DNA of 64,000 nt from the NCBI GenBank assembly GCA_022749995.1, contig JAKIWO010000002.1, positions 42,033 to 106,032 of the forward strand, in the 5' to 3' direction. Both the position numbers and the translations under genes were made by a program. Shown piece after piece: positions 8,941 to 18,939 of this stretch. The stretch is from Thermoplasmata archaeon (GTDB lineage: Archaea > Thermoplasmatota > Thermoplasmata > Lutacidiplasmatales > UBA184). Positions within the stretch are counted from its first letter, which is position 1; the number at the start of each line of letters is the position of its first letter. The notes beneath the pieces were generated by a model that was not told the origin of the DNA, ran no database searches, and worked only from the letters and a program-made list of their open reading frames with translations.

Positions 8941-11871
8941 ATGGACGCGGTCTCCTTTCTCCTGCTCATCGTTCTCGCCGTGGTGCTGTTCTCGGCGGTG
9001 CTCGTGTGGCGGCACCGGATGGTCTTCCGGATCTCCGTCCGCAACCTGCGCCGGGGCCGGACCCGGACGCTGCTCGTCATCCTGGGCCTGCTCATCGGCA
9101 CCGCGATCATCTCCGGGAGCCTCGTCATCGGGGACACGATCGACCAGGTGAGCGTCCACTTCGCCTACGAATCGTTCGGGTACGTCGACGAGGCGCTCTA
9201 CAACCAGAGCGCGGTCGGGACGGGATATTCGCCGTTCTCCTACGCCGTATATCCCGCGTTGGTGAACGCCACCAGCTCCAATTCGCAGATCGCCGGGATT
9301 ACTCCGGAAGTGGTCGCCTCCGTGGGGATGTACGACCGGAGCACGCAGATCCCGCAGACCAACCTCAACTTGGTCGGCGCCAACGCCAACCAGAGCGGGG
9401 CGCTCGGCAGCTTCGTTGCCGACAACGGCAGCCACCTTGCGGGGCCGTCGGCCGGCGGGGTCTACCTCGACGACCTCTCGGCCTCCGACGTCGCCGGCCG
9501 CGTGGGCGACTCGGTCGTCGTCTCCGGCGCGAGCCGCCTCACCTTGACGGTCCAAGCGATCGTCAAGGACAGCGACCGGGGCGGATTCCTCGGCGGCGAG
9601 AGCGTGTTCGTCAGCCTGGCCACTGCCCAGACGATCCAGAACGACAGCGGGCGGCTCAACTTCCTGGCCGTCACGAACGCCGGATCCGTGACGGGGGGCC
9701 TCGCCCTCACCAACTCGGTCAGCACCTACCTCAACGCCACGCTCCCCACGCTCGGGCCGATCGCGCACGGGGTCACGGTCCATCCACTGCTGCAGGAGAG
9801 CGTGAACGCCGCGGCGGCGGGAGGAAGTTCCTTCGAGACCCTCCTGCTCGTCCTCGGCCTCTTCTCCATCGTCGCCGGCGTGATGCTGATCGTCGGGATC
9901 TTCGTCACCCTTGCCGAGGAACGCAAGGGCGAGATGGGGATGCTCCGCGCGATCGGTCTCAAGCGCCGCGAGCTGGTCTACTCCTACTATTTCGAAGGGT
10001 TGTTCTACGCCGCTGGAAGCGCCTTCGCCGGTGCGCTCCTGGGGGTCGGCATCGGCTACGGCCTGATCTACGCCTTCTCGACCATCCTCTCCTCCAACGC
10101 CCAGCAGCAGGCCGCGATCCTCGACTCCTTCACGATCTCCCCGACCAGCCTGTCGATCGCCTTCGCGATCGGCTTCCTGCTCACCCTCGCCACCATCGTT
10201 GGAGCCAGCTTCCGCGCCGGGCGGCTCAACATCGTACGGGCGATCCGGAGCGTGCCCGAGCCGCCGCCCTCGATACGGGTCTATTCGTACCTGGCCTACC
10301 TGGGCGCGGTCTTCGTCCTCCTCGGCGCGCTGCTGTTGGTCGGAACCTACCGGGGCAACTCCGACATCTCGCTGCCCACCATTGGAGGCATTCTGGTCAT
10401 CGCCGGCGGGATGTTCATCGCCACTCGGTTCGTGCGCAATCGGATCGCCTTCACCGCCGGCTCGCTCTCCCTCCTGGTGTGGGTCGGGTTCGAGCCGCTG
10501 CGGCGGGTCGTCCTGGGCACCCAGCACACGGGGACGATCTTCGTGATCTTCGTCGAGGGGATCTCGCTCGTACTCGCCGCGGTGATGCTGTACATCTTCA
10601 ACGCCTCGACGGTGGTCGCGGGCGTTTCGCGTCTATTGCGCAGCCGCCCGGGCGCGGTCTCGATCGCCCGCATCGGGCTCTCGTATCCGAGCCGACGACC
10701 GTTCCGCACGGCGATCAACCTCACCATCTTCGCGCTCGTGCTCTTCACCATCGTCTCGGTCGCCTCCTTCGGCAGCTCGGTCGAGGCGAACCTGAACCAG
10801 ACGATCGAGGCCGAGAGCGGAGGCTACACCCTGTTCGGCTTCTCCGACCAACCGATCGCCAACCTGCCCGGGGCGATCGCCGCGAACCATTCGCTGTCGG
10901 GATTCTACTCGAACGTGGTCCCGCTCGACAGCGCGGGCGTGGGGGTCGCCTGGTCCGGTCTTTCGGGTACCTGGTCGGACAGCATCTACGCCGCTCCGGC
11001 CAACGTCTCGGGTCCGACCGACTTCTACACCTCGAACGAGTTCAACTTCTCCTCGACGCTCCACGGTGCCTCGACCGGCGCGGTCTGGCAGCAGCTGCGG
11101 ACCGACCCCACCGCGGCGGTGGTGGACGGGGATTACGGCAGCTCGAGCGGGGGCTTCGGGCCGTCGCACCCGCTGCTGAGCACGGGGACGGTGCTCACCC
11201 TCACCAACGGCAGCGGCATCACCCGCAACGTCACCGTCATCGGGATCCTAGCGGAGACCTTCGTCACCGGCATCTGGGTAGACCCGAGCACCGGCAACTC
11301 CCTGGGGGCCAACCAGCCGGACGTCTTCTTCCTGCGCGTCGCTCCGGGACAGGACCCGGTCCGGGCGAGCCAGCTCACCAAGAGCGCCTTCTTCGCCGAG
11401 GGACTCGTGCTGCTGAGCTTCGCCGACATCCTGCGCACCTCCATCCAGGCGACGGTGGCGATCATCAACCTGCTCCAGGTGTTCGTTGGGCTCGGACTCG
11501 CCGTCGGGATCGCGGCCATCGGCCTCGTCGCCTTCCGCGCCGTCGTCGAACGCCGGTCGGAGATCGGGATGCTGCGCGCGATCGGATTCCGCCAGCGAGG
11601 GATCTTCGCGGTCTTCCTGCTCGAGTACTCGTATGTCGCGCTGCTGGGGATCCTGATCGGCACGGCGCTGGCGATCCTGCTCATCTACAACGCGACCATC
11701 GCCTCGACGAGCGGCAGCACCGGCGGGCTCTCGCTCGCCTTTGCCCCGCCGTGGCTGGATATCGGGATCGTGCTGCTGTCGGCCTACGTGCTGATGGCCG
11801 CCGCGGTGCTCACCCCGTCGCTCAAGGCGGCGCGGTTGGCGCCGGCGGAGGCGCTGCGGTACTCCGAGTGA
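8941..11871 (+). CDS. ABC transporter permease with two FtsX/MacB-type modules
   Basis: 976 aa. It shows two repeats of TM, a large extracytoplasmic domain and a 3-TM FtsX-like block (EERKGEMGMLRAIGLKRREL and ERRSEIGMLRAIGFRQRGI). It lies directly downstream of the ATPase. Confidence 0.78.
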   Translation: MDAVSFLLLIVLAVVLFSAVLVWRHRMVFRISVRNLRRGRTRTLLVILGLLIGTAIISGSLVIGDTIDQVSVHFAYESFGYVDEALYNQSAVGTGYSPFSYAVYPALVNATSSNSQIAGITPEVVASVGMYDRSTQIPQTNLNLVGANANQSGALGSFVADNGSHLAGPSAGGVYLDDLSASDVAGRVGDSVVVSGASRLTLTVQAIVKDSDRGGFLGGESVFVSLATAQTIQNDSGRLNFLAVTNAGSVTGGLALTNSVSTYLNATLPTLGPIAHGVTVHPLLQESVNAAAAGGSSFETLLLVLGLFSIVAGVMLIVGIFVTLAEERKGEMGMLRAIGLKRRELVYSYYFEGLFYAAGSAFAGALLGVGIGYGLIYAFSTILSSNAQQQAAILDSFTISPTSLSIAFAIGFLLTLATIVGASFRAGRLNIVRAIRSVPEPPPSIRVYSYLAYLGAVFVLLGALLLVGTYRGNSDISLPTIGGILVIAGGMFIATRFVRNRIAFTAGSLSLLVWVGFEPLRRVVLGTQHTGTIFVIFVEGISLVLAAVMLYIFNASTVVAGVSRLLRSRPGAVSIARIGLSYPSRRPFRTAINLTIFALVLFTIVSVASFGSSVEANLNQTIEAESGGYTLFGFSDQPIANLPGAIAANHSLSGFYSNVVPLDSAGVGVAWSGLSGTWSDSIYAAPANVSGPTDFYTSNEFNFSSTLHGASTGAVWQQLRTDPTAAVVDGDYGSSSGGFGPSHPLLSTGTVLTLTNGSGITRNVTVIGILAETFVTGIWVDPSTGNSLGANQPDVFFLRVAPGQDPVRASQLTKSAFFAEGLVLLSFADILRTSIQATVAIINLLQVFVGLGLAVGIAAIGLVAFRAVVERRSEIGMLRAIGFRQRGIFAVFLLEYSYVALLGILIGTALAILLIYNATIASTSGSTGGLSLAFAPPWLDIGIVLLSAYVLMAAAVLTPSLKAARLAPAEALRYSE

Positions 11872-12487
11872 ACCGGCGCCGCCGCCAGCGTACCGCGGCC
11901 CAGAGCACGATCCCGGCGAGCGCCACGACCACGACGATGTCCAGGTAGTTGAAGTAGGACTGCAGGACCGTGAAGTGCTCGCCGAGCACGGTGCCCAGGT
12001 AGATCAGTACGGCGCAGAACGGCACCGAGCCGAGGACCGTGTAGACGGCAAAGGTGGGACGGTCCATCTTCGCGGCGCCCGCCGGGTAACTGATGTACGC
12101 GCGCACGACCGGTAGCAGTCGCGCGAAGCCGACCGTCGCTCGGCCGTGTCGGTCGAAGAACAACTCGGTGCGGGCGAGCACGGAGTCGTCGAGCCCTACG
12201 CGGGAGCCCCAGCGCCGCACCAGCGCCGGACCGCCCCAGCGGCCGACCTCGTAGGCCGCCACCGCGCCCACGAGGCCGCCGGCCACGGCCGCCAGGAGCA
12301 CGGTCGGCCAGGTGAACCCGGTGGCGCCGCGGACGATGAGGACGCCCGCGAACGGCAGGATCACCTCGCTCGGCAGCGGGGGGAGGCCGAAGCTTTCGAC
12401 CGCCATCAGCGCGAACAACCCGGCGAGCCCGACCGTGGTGAGCACGGTCAGGATCGTGGTGAATACGAATCCCGTGAGCGAGAACAT
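11822..12487 (-). CDS. DedA-family membrane protein
   Basis: Contains ESFGLPPLPSEVILPFAGVLIV...GRWGG...FDRHG...VFARLLPVVRAYISYPAG, a DedA/SNARE-associated signature. Its basic C-terminal tail overlaps the convergent permease gene by 50 nt. Confidence 0.75.
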   Translation of the reverse strand: MFSLTGFVFTTILTVLTTVGLAGLFALMAVESFGLPPLPSEVILPFAGVLIVRGATGFTWPTVLLAAVAGGLVGAVAAYEVGRWGGPALVRRWGSRVGLDDSVLARTELFFDRHGRATVGFARLLPVVRAYISYPAGAAKMDRPTFAVYTVLGSVPFCAVLIYLGTVLGEHFTVLQSYFNYLDIVVVVALAGIVLWAAVRWRRRRFTRSTAAPPPAPTAPP

Positions 12488-12536
12488 GGCAGCTACGGCA
12501 GGTCCACCCTGGTGGTGATTCGAGCAGGCGGGGAGC

Positions 12537-12779
12537 TTACTGGGCGGCGGAGGACGCGAGGATAAGCCGGAACGGCTCCTTGAGGTCGGTGCGGGTCCGG
12601 GCGGGGATTCCCTCGAACTCGAGCGGAGTTTGGCAGCCGCCGCAGCTCACCACGGGTCGCAACTGGCCCAGCACGATGGAGAGCCGGATCCCGACCTCGA
12701 TCTCTCGCACGGGCGCGGGGGAGTGGTGCACCGCTTCGCGGAGCTGCTCGATCAACCGGTCCGTGTCGCCCATGGGCAC
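12537..12779 (-). CDS. Hypothetical 80-aa protein
   Basis: High third-position GC in this frame. A TATA-like cgttatcc lies about 26 nt upstream of the ATG. The protein contains SCGGC. No family recognised. Confidence 0.4.
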   Translation of the reverse strand: MPMGDTDRLIEQLREAVHHSPAPVREIEVGIRLSIVLGQLRPVVSCGGCQTPLEFEGIPARTRTDLKEPFRLILASSAAQ

Positions 12780-12818
12780 CTGCCATCTAGCGCGGATGGG
12801 GGGATAACGACGAGCTTC

Positions 12819-13448
12819 CTAGCCCGTGTCTTCGGGCGGGTTGTCGGTCGGGGAGGGCGGGGGGCCCTTCCCCTTCGGCTCCTTTTTCAGTATCTCGCCG
12901 CTGATGCGGTCGAGCTCGTCCATGAGGGAGTCGATGTTCGGCTCCTCCCCTCCCACTCCCGCCGCCGGGGGCGGCGTCGGGACGGCCGCCGAAGGCATCA
13001 CCGTGGGCGGTGCCGCCACATCGTCCTCGGTCTCGAGGTACGCCGGCGCTGCCGCGGGCACGGCGGCGGCCCCGGCCGGCCCCATGGCGTCGTACGGGGC
13101 CTCGGGCCCCCCGTCCTCGGGTCCCATCGTGGCGGCCACTCCCGCGTCCGGCGGCACGGCCGTGCTGGGAGGGCTGCTGCCCCGGCGGCGGTGGCGGAAG
13201 ACGAGCACCGCCATCAGTAGGATAATGAGGAAGAGCAGGCCGCCGACCGCCCCCCAGGCCCAGACCGGGACACCGTTCGAGGGACTCGAGCAGTTCCCGT
13301 ACTGGCAGGAGCTGTCGGCGCGCACGGCCCCCGTCGCTGGCGCCAGGGCGAGGGTTAGCAGTACGGCGAGCATGCCGGCGGCCAACAGGCCCGGTAGCAC
13401 GCGCCGGAGCCGGTGGGAAACTGGAACGAACGCCATGGGGGCCCCCAA
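12819..13448 (-). CDS. Hypothetical single-pass membrane protein (signal peptide, Cys pair, TM, Pro/Ala-rich tail)
   Basis: The N-terminal hydrophobic signal is LLAAGMLAVLLTLALAPATGA. It is followed by CQYGNC, the TM segment WAWGAVGGLLFLIILLMAVLVF, then a P/A-rich acidic tail. A TATA-like tttacata lies about 35 nt upstream. Confidence 0.45.
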   Translation of the reverse strand: MGAPMAFVPVSHRLRRVLPGLLAAGMLAVLLTLALAPATGAVRADSSCQYGNCSSPSNGVPVWAWGAVGGLLFLIILLMAVLVFRHRRRGSSPPSTAVPPDAGVAATMGPEDGGPEAPYDAMGPAGAAAVPAAAPAYLETEDDVAAPPTVMPSAAVPTPPPAAGVGGEEPNIDSLMDELDRISGEILKKEPKGKGPPPSPTDNPPEDTG

Positions 13449-13631
13449 AGTCGCAGTAACATCACCGCCCGCGGTATGTAAACCTGCCGTGAACCAGAGG
13501 TCGCCACCACGCCGACCTGGCGCTCCCTCCCACCGATCCGGCCCGGTGGAGTCGGACGCCCCCGTAGCGGGCGGGTCCGGTCCCTCTCGAGGAGGCTCCG
13601 GGCCCCCCCCGTTCCGCTCCGTGGGAGACGG

Positions 13632-15176
13632 CTATCGACCCAAGTGCCGGTAGAGCCAACGCACTGCGGGAATCCGACGGCCGAGCAGCCGCTCGATCTC
13701 TCCGAGCAAGATCCGATCCCCCTGGTCGATCGAGCCGCTGAACAGGACGGCCAGCAGGAACACGCCGGCGACCACGAGCACCAGCCCCGGAAGGATCCAC
13801 AGCGGGAGGGCCCGCGGCAGGAAGGAGAAGAGTACCCCTAGCGGGACGGCCGTGAGGAGGAGCGGCACCAGGTAGTGGCGCTGGAACGGATGGACACCGT
13901 GGGTCAGCCCCAGCTCCACCGCGCTCAGGACGGGCGTCATGGCGATCGCCCCGGCCCAAGCGATGGCGGCCCCCACCTGGCCGTACCGGGGAATGAGGGC
14001 CAAGGCGAGCACGACGTTGAACAACGCCGCGGCCATCGTGTTCAGCAGGAGCGGCTTGGTCTCGCCGTAGGAGACCTGCGCGGAGGTGGCGGGACCGACG
14101 AGCGTGGCGGCGAGCGCTCCCACGCAGAGCACCTGCAGCGGCAGCGGAACTCCGCCGTAACCGGAGCCGTAGACGAAATGCAGCGAGAGCCCCGGGACGA
14201 AGAAGAAGACCAGGAACGGCGGGAGCGAGGCGAGCACCATCCACTTGGTCGCCGTGCCGTAGGTGAGGCGCGCACCGTCCCGTTCGCCCGAGCGCGCGAA
14301 CCGCACCATCACCGGGAGCAGGATGTAACCGAGCGAGCCGACCCCCACGAGCAGTAATCGCGCCAGCGAGATCGAGGCGCCGTACGCACCGACGGCCAGG
14401 GGGTGGTAGACTCCGAGCAGCAGCGTGTCGCCCGTGTTCGCCACGTACGAGAGGAGGGAGACGGCGAAGAGCGGCAGCGCGAAGGCCCGTAGACGCGCTC
14501 CCATGCCGTGCGCCGCGGGCCCGGCGGGCAGGGCCCGCGGCAGCCGACGCACGAAGTAACCGATGAGGCCGAGGAGCGCCGCGACGTTGGCGAGGACGTA
14601 CGCGAGGACCGCCGTACCGAAGCTGAGCGCACCCCGGTCGGCGCCCAGGAGGAGCAGGAAGAGGATGAACAGGCTCGGGTTGAGGACCTGGATGAAGAAC
14701 GCGTTCGCCCGGACATCCTCGAATCCCTGGAACACCGCGGCGATCTCCGAGGAAAGGATCGAGACGGCGACCGCGATCGCGAACAGCTCGAGCGCGAAGC
14801 CGAGCAACGAGCCGCCGAACAGCCCTCCGAAGTAGCCGGAGGTGACCACGAGGAAGACGGAGACGCCGATGGACGCCGGGATCACGAGGGCGAAGCCGGC
14901 GCGGATGATCCCCCGACGCTCGGCGTCGTTGGAGACGAAGGGGATGTTGCGCGCGACGGCCTGCGGGACGCCCAGGTTGCCGAACGCCGCGAGGAGGCCC
15001 GTGAAGGAGATGGCGTAGTAGAACTCGCTCCATTCGAGCGAGCTCAGCTCACGGACGACCAGGACCCGGGCGACGAAGTTGAGCACGACCCAGACGAGCG
15101 TGGCGACGAGCAGCAGCAGCGTGCCGCGCGTGACCGAGCCGAGGGCCTGTCGAGTCTCCGAGCTTCCCTCCCCCAC
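13632..15176 (-). CDS. Polysaccharide/oligosaccharide flippase (MOP/Wzx family)
   Basis: 514 aa with about 12-14 TM helices. The N-terminus (TRGTLLLLVATLVWVVLNFVARVLVVREL...FGNLGVPQAVARNI) is typical of the Wzx-like polysaccharide biosynthesis protein family. Confidence 0.7.
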   Translation of the reverse strand: MGEGSSETRQALGSVTRGTLLLLVATLVWVVLNFVARVLVVRELSSLEWSEFYYAISFTGLLAAFGNLGVPQAVARNIPFVSNDAERRGIIRAGFALVIPASIGVSVFLVVTSGYFGGLFGGSLLGFALELFAIAVAVSILSSEIAAVFQGFEDVRANAFFIQVLNPSLFILFLLLLGADRGALSFGTAVLAYVLANVAALLGLIGYFVRRLPRALPAGPAAHGMGARLRAFALPLFAVSLLSYVANTGDTLLLGVYHPLAVGAYGASISLARLLLVGVGSLGYILLPVMVRFARSGERDGARLTYGTATKWMVLASLPPFLVFFFVPGLSLHFVYGSGYGGVPLPLQVLCVGALAATLVGPATSAQVSYGETKPLLLNTMAAALFNVVLALALIPRYGQVGAAIAWAGAIAMTPVLSAVELGLTHGVHPFQRHYLVPLLLTAVPLGVLFSFLPRALPLWILPGLVLVVAGVFLLAVLFSGSIDQGDRILLGEIERLLGRRIPAVRWLYRHLGR

Positions 15177-15335
15177 GGCGATCGAGACCCGTGGGGACTC
15201 TACGTTCCTATAGATGTAGGCGGGGTTCGAAGCGGCCGTAGCGCCGACCCGAATCGTCCGTCCGCTGCTCCCCGAGGGAGCCGCCTACCCGTTCCGGACG
15301 CTCGGCGCGGGCCTCCCTCCCCCACGTAGCGCACG

Positions 15336-16235
15336 CTATCGGAACTCTTCCAGCAGGCGTTCCTTGCCGAGGAGGCCCGTGCTCTGGTGGGCTAGCGGAC
15401 CCGCCGCGAGCACCTCCTCGAGCTCCTCGTAGGTCGGACGCTCGGCCCGGTAGAACAGCCCGATCGGGATCTTCTCCCCCCATTCCAGGGAGCGCGCGTA
15501 GGCCTGCCCGATGTCCTTCGGGTCGTGTCCGGCGCTCTCGAGCTTGTAGATCCGTTGTCGGAACCAGTCGAACGTGTTCAGCTTGTTGTAGGTGACGCAC
15601 GGGCTCAGCGCATCGATGAAGGCGAAGCCCCGGTGCTGCAGGCCGTTGGCCACCAACTCGGCCATGTGCTTGACGTCCCCCGAGAAACCCCGGGCGACGT
15701 ACGTCGCCCCGGCCGCCAGGGCGAGCGCGATCGGGTCGATCGGGTTCTCGATGACCCCTTCGGGGGTGGACTTGGTCTTGTGGCCCATCATCGAGGTGGG
15801 GGAGGCCTGGCCGGTGGTGAGCCCGTAGATCTGGTTGTCCATCACGATGTACGTCAGCTTCACGTTGCGCCGCATCGCGTGGACGAAATGACCGGCGCCG
15901 ATCCCGAAACCGTCGCCGTCCCCGCCCGTGACCACGACGTGCAGGTCGTGGTTGGCCCAGCGGATCCCCTCGGCGACCGGCAAGCTCCGTCCGTGGATCC
16001 CGTGGAATCCGTACGCGTTCAGGAACTGCGGCAGGTTCGAGGAGCAGCCGATACCGCTGACGATCACGACCTGCTCGGGGGGGAGCTGCAGCTTCTTGAG
16101 CGCCATCTCGAGCGAGGCGATCACCCCGTAGTCGCCGCAGCCCGGGCACCAGGTCGGCTTCGTGTCGGACTTGCCGACCACCATCTTGAGCGGCGTGACG
16201 GTGGGCGCGATGGCGGCCAGAGTGCTATCGGCCAT
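15336..16235 (-). CDS. korB: 2-oxoacid:ferredoxin oxidoreductase, beta subunit
   Basis: Contains WCPGCGDYG, GIGCSS and the TPP-binding GGDGDGFGIGAGHF. It overlaps the alpha-subunit gene by 11 nt. Confidence 0.88.
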   Translation of the reverse strand: MADSTLAAIAPTVTPLKMVVGKSDTKPTWCPGCGDYGVIASLEMALKKLQLPPEQVVIVSGIGCSSNLPQFLNAYGFHGIHGRSLPVAEGIRWANHDLHVVVTGGDGDGFGIGAGHFVHAMRRNVKLTYIVMDNQIYGLTTGQASPTSMMGHKTKSTPEGVIENPIDPIALALAAGATYVARGFSGDVKHMAELVANGLQHRGFAFIDALSPCVTYNKLNTFDWFRQRIYKLESAGHDPKDIGQAYARSLEWGEKIPIGLFYRAERPTYEELEEVLAAGPLAHQSTGLLGKERLLEEFR

Positions 16236-17985
16236 CGAGCAACTCCAACGCGCGGCCTACGATTTCCATCGGGTAGAACGGCTCACCGTCGTACTTGAGC
16301 AACCGGTCGGTGAGGTGCAACCCCGTCTCGGTCCGCAGGAGCCGCCCGAACTGTCCGGAGAAGTTCGCCTCGATGAGGAGCGTCCGCCGCGCGGCGCCGA
16401 GCAGGGCCATCGTGCGCTCGTGGTGGACCGGGTACACCGTGGGGAAGTGGACCAGGTTGACCTTGCGTCCCTTGGCGGCCAGGATCTTCATCGCGTCGCG
16501 GACCGGTCCGATCGTCGAGCCCCACGTGACGATGGTGAGGTCCGCCTGGGCCGGCCCTTCCTGGACCGGGGGTTCCGCCTCGCGGGCGAGCCCTTCGAGC
16601 TTGTGCATGCGCTTGTCCATCATCCGCTTGCGTTCGGCCACCCAGTGCGGGATCCCTGACTTGACATCGGAGATCAGGTGCCCCTTCTCGTCGTGCTCGT
16701 CGGAGGCGGCCGTCCATTGCAGGCCGCGCTGGCCCGGTAGCGATCGAGGGGAGACCCCGCTCTCGGTGTACCGGTACCGCAGGTACTCCCCCGAGTGGCC
16801 GTTGCCGTTGCCCGGCTCGAGCCGGAGGGAGGGGATGGGGACCTTGAAGTCGATCTCGGCTAGCTCGACGGTCGCCGAGCTCTCCGAAAGGTACAGGTCG
16901 CTCGCCAGCAGCACCGGAGTCTGCCAGTTCTCGGCCAAGGCGAACGCCTGGACGGCGGCTCGGTAGGCCTCGGCCGGACTCGAAGGGGCGAGGATCGCCC
17001 TGGGGAATTCGCCCTGGCCGGCACCCAGCATGAGGGCGAGGTCTCCCTGCTCGGTCTTCGTGGGCAATCCGGTCGACGGCCCCGACCGCTGGGATTCGAC
17101 CACGACGAGCGGGATCTCGCACATGCCGGCCATCCCGAGCGCTTCGACCATCAAGGAAAACCCGCCCCCGCTCGTGGCGGTCATGGCGCGCACGCCGCCG
17201 TAGGAGGCGCCGATCGCCATGTGGATCGCGGCGAGCTCGTCCTCCGCCTGCTTGACCACGACGCCGGTCTCCATCGAGTGGGCCGCCAGCCAGTGCATGA
17301 TCGTCGAGGCCGGGGTCATCGGGTACTGGGCCAGGAACTTGAGGCCGGCCGCGGCGGCGCCGAGGGCGATGGCCTGGTTGCCCGTCATGAGCATCTTGGG
17401 CGGCCCGGCCAAGGCCACGGCGTGGGGATGCGGTGGGCGCTTCGATTGGGCGTGGGCGTACCCGTCCGCCGCGCAAGCCAGGTTCCAGTCGACGACCTCC
17501 CCCTTCTTCTTGCCGAACGAGTCGGAGATCGCCTCGTGCAGGAGCGGGAGCGGGATGCCGGCCAAGTAGGCGCACGCGCCGACGCCGGCCGCGTTCTGGA
17601 GGATCGATTGGGGCGTATGCTTGCGGGCCAGCGCGAGCGTGGGGACCTCCAGTGCACTCACGCCGACCGGGATCTTGGACGGGTCGATCTGGAACTTCTC
17701 GGGGTCGTAGATCACGACGCCCCCGTCGCGGAGCGTCGGCAGGTGCACCTCGGCCGTCTGCAGGTCGAGTGCGTAGAGGACGTCGCAACCGTCCCCCTGG
17801 GAGTAGAATCGCTCGGCACCGGCCCTCGCCTGGAACCAGACGTGGCCCCCACGGATGACCGACTGGTAGCTGTTGAGGCCGAAGACGTGCAGGCCCATCC
17901 GGGAGAACGACTTGGCGATCGTGTCGCCGACGCTGGCGATGCCATCCCCCGCCTGCCCACCGGCCCGGACAGAGATTTCCTTCAT
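16225..17985 (-). CDS. korA: 2-oxoacid:ferredoxin oxidoreductase, alpha (gamma-alpha fused) subunit
   Basis: Begins MKEISVRAGGQAGDGI (gamma-like N-terminus) and contains GNQAIALGAAAAG...YPMTPAS, among other matches. The track start 18147 is replaced by ATG 17985, which lies about 27 nt downstream of a TATA-like ccataaac. Confidence 0.88.
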   Translation of the reverse strand: MKEISVRAGGQAGDGIASVGDTIAKSFSRMGLHVFGLNSYQSVIRGGHVWFQARAGAERFYSQGDGCDVLYALDLQTAEVHLPTLRDGGVVIYDPEKFQIDPSKIPVGVSALEVPTLALARKHTPQSILQNAAGVGACAYLAGIPLPLLHEAISDSFGKKKGEVVDWNLACAADGYAHAQSKRPPHPHAVALAGPPKMLMTGNQAIALGAAAAGLKFLAQYPMTPASTIMHWLAAHSMETGVVVKQAEDELAAIHMAIGASYGGVRAMTATSGGGFSLMVEALGMAGMCEIPLVVVESQRSGPSTGLPTKTEQGDLALMLGAGQGEFPRAILAPSSPAEAYRAAVQAFALAENWQTPVLLASDLYLSESSATVELAEIDFKVPIPSLRLEPGNGNGHSGEYLRYRYTESGVSPRSLPGQRGLQWTAASDEHDEKGHLISDVKSGIPHWVAERKRMMDKRMHKLEGLAREAEPPVQEGPAQADLTIVTWGSTIGPVRDAMKILAAKGRKVNLVHFPTVYPVHHERTMALLGAARRTLLIEANFSGQFGRLLRTETGLHLTDRLLKYDGEPFYPMEIVGRALELLDGR

Positions 17986-18130
17986 GACGCGGTTTCCAAG
18001 GGAACTCCGTTTATGGCGTTTGTGTCCGAGGGGGTACGTCTCGAGGTAACCGTCCGTATTCCCGAGCGGTCTCGCCGGTCTCGGGCCGGCGCGAGCAAAA
18101 CCCATACCCCGAGCAGGGCTGGCGGCGGAG

Positions 18131-18388
18131 GTGCCGCGACCTCTCACCGTGCTGCTGTTCGCGGGGGCTCGAGAGGCCGTGGGCCGGGGTCAGGTCGACC
18201 TGCTCTTGGCCGGGGAATCCGAACCGGTGGAGGACGTGCTCGCGCGATTGCGCGCGACCTATCCACGGCTCTCCCCCCTCCTGGCGGTGAGCCGCCTCGT
18301 GCGTAACGGGGAGTACCTCCGAGGTAACCGTGGGCGCCTTCGCCCCGGGGACGAACTGGCGATCCATCCCCCCTACAGCGGAGGCTGA
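18131..18388 (+). CDS. moaD: MoaD/ThiS-family sulfur carrier (beta-grasp, C-terminal GG)
   Basis: 85 aa ending in ...IHPPYSGG. It lies immediately upstream of moaE and could also act as a SAMP-type modifier. Confidence 0.75.
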   Translation: MPRPLTVLLFAGAREAVGRGQVDLLLAGESEPVEDVLARLRATYPRLSPLLAVSRLVRNGEYLRGNRGRLRPGDELAIHPPYSGG

Positions 18389-18391
18389 GCC

Positions 18392-18871
18392 GTGAAGGCT
18401 CGGATCGTCGAGGAACCGCTCTCGATCGAGGAAGCCTACCGCGCCCTCGACGACCGACGCTCCGGGGGCGTGGCGCTCTTCGTCGGCCGAGTCCGACCGG
18501 ACCCCACGGACGCCGGTCCCACGCGTGCGCTCTGGTACGAGGCCCATCGGCGGCTGGCCGAAGTGGAGCTCGACCGACTGGCCGCGCGGGCCCGCCGGAG
18601 ATTCCGAACGCGACGACTTCTCGTGTGGCACCGAGTGGGACGCGTGTCGGTCGGGGAGGCTTCGGTGATCGTAGGAGCTGCCGCGGCGCACCGTGCGCCG
18701 GCGCTGGCGGCCGTCCGTTGGCTCATCACGGAGCTCAAGCGTTCCGCGCCGATCTGGAAGCAGGCGCCCCCGCGCGCCCGCCGAGCGGTCCCACGTCGCG
18801 TCACGGGCGAAGGGAGTTCGCCCCGGGCTCCTCACCCCCGGCGTGGGAGCGCGGCGCGCCGTCGACCGTGA
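18392..18871 (+). CDS. moaE: Molybdopterin synthase catalytic subunit MoaE
   Basis: Contains GGVALFVGRVR...WYEAH...VWHRVGRVSVGEASVIVGAAAAHRAPALAAVRWLITELKRSAPIWKQ. Confidence 0.75.
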   Translation: MKARIVEEPLSIEEAYRALDDRRSGGVALFVGRVRPDPTDAGPTRALWYEAHRRLAEVELDRLAARARRRFRTRRLLVWHRVGRVSVGEASVIVGAAAAHRAPALAAVRWLITELKRSAPIWKQAPPRARRAVPRRVTGEGSSPRAPHPRRGSAARRRP

Positions 18872-18939
18872 AGCCTCGAGGCTCCGACGTTCCGTCCGGG
18901 CCGTCCCTCGTTATATAGCGTGGTCCGGTTTCCAACGGC

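Noticed and set aside
13449-13631. A GC-rich 183-nt spacer with several short hairpins (for example ccaccg-atccggcc-cggtgg), considered as an ncRNA such as SRP RNA or RNase P RNA.
   Set aside because: No conserved SRP or RNase P motifs were recognised. The region is adequately explained as the 3' UTR of the flippase gene plus the promoter (tttacata) of the next gene.
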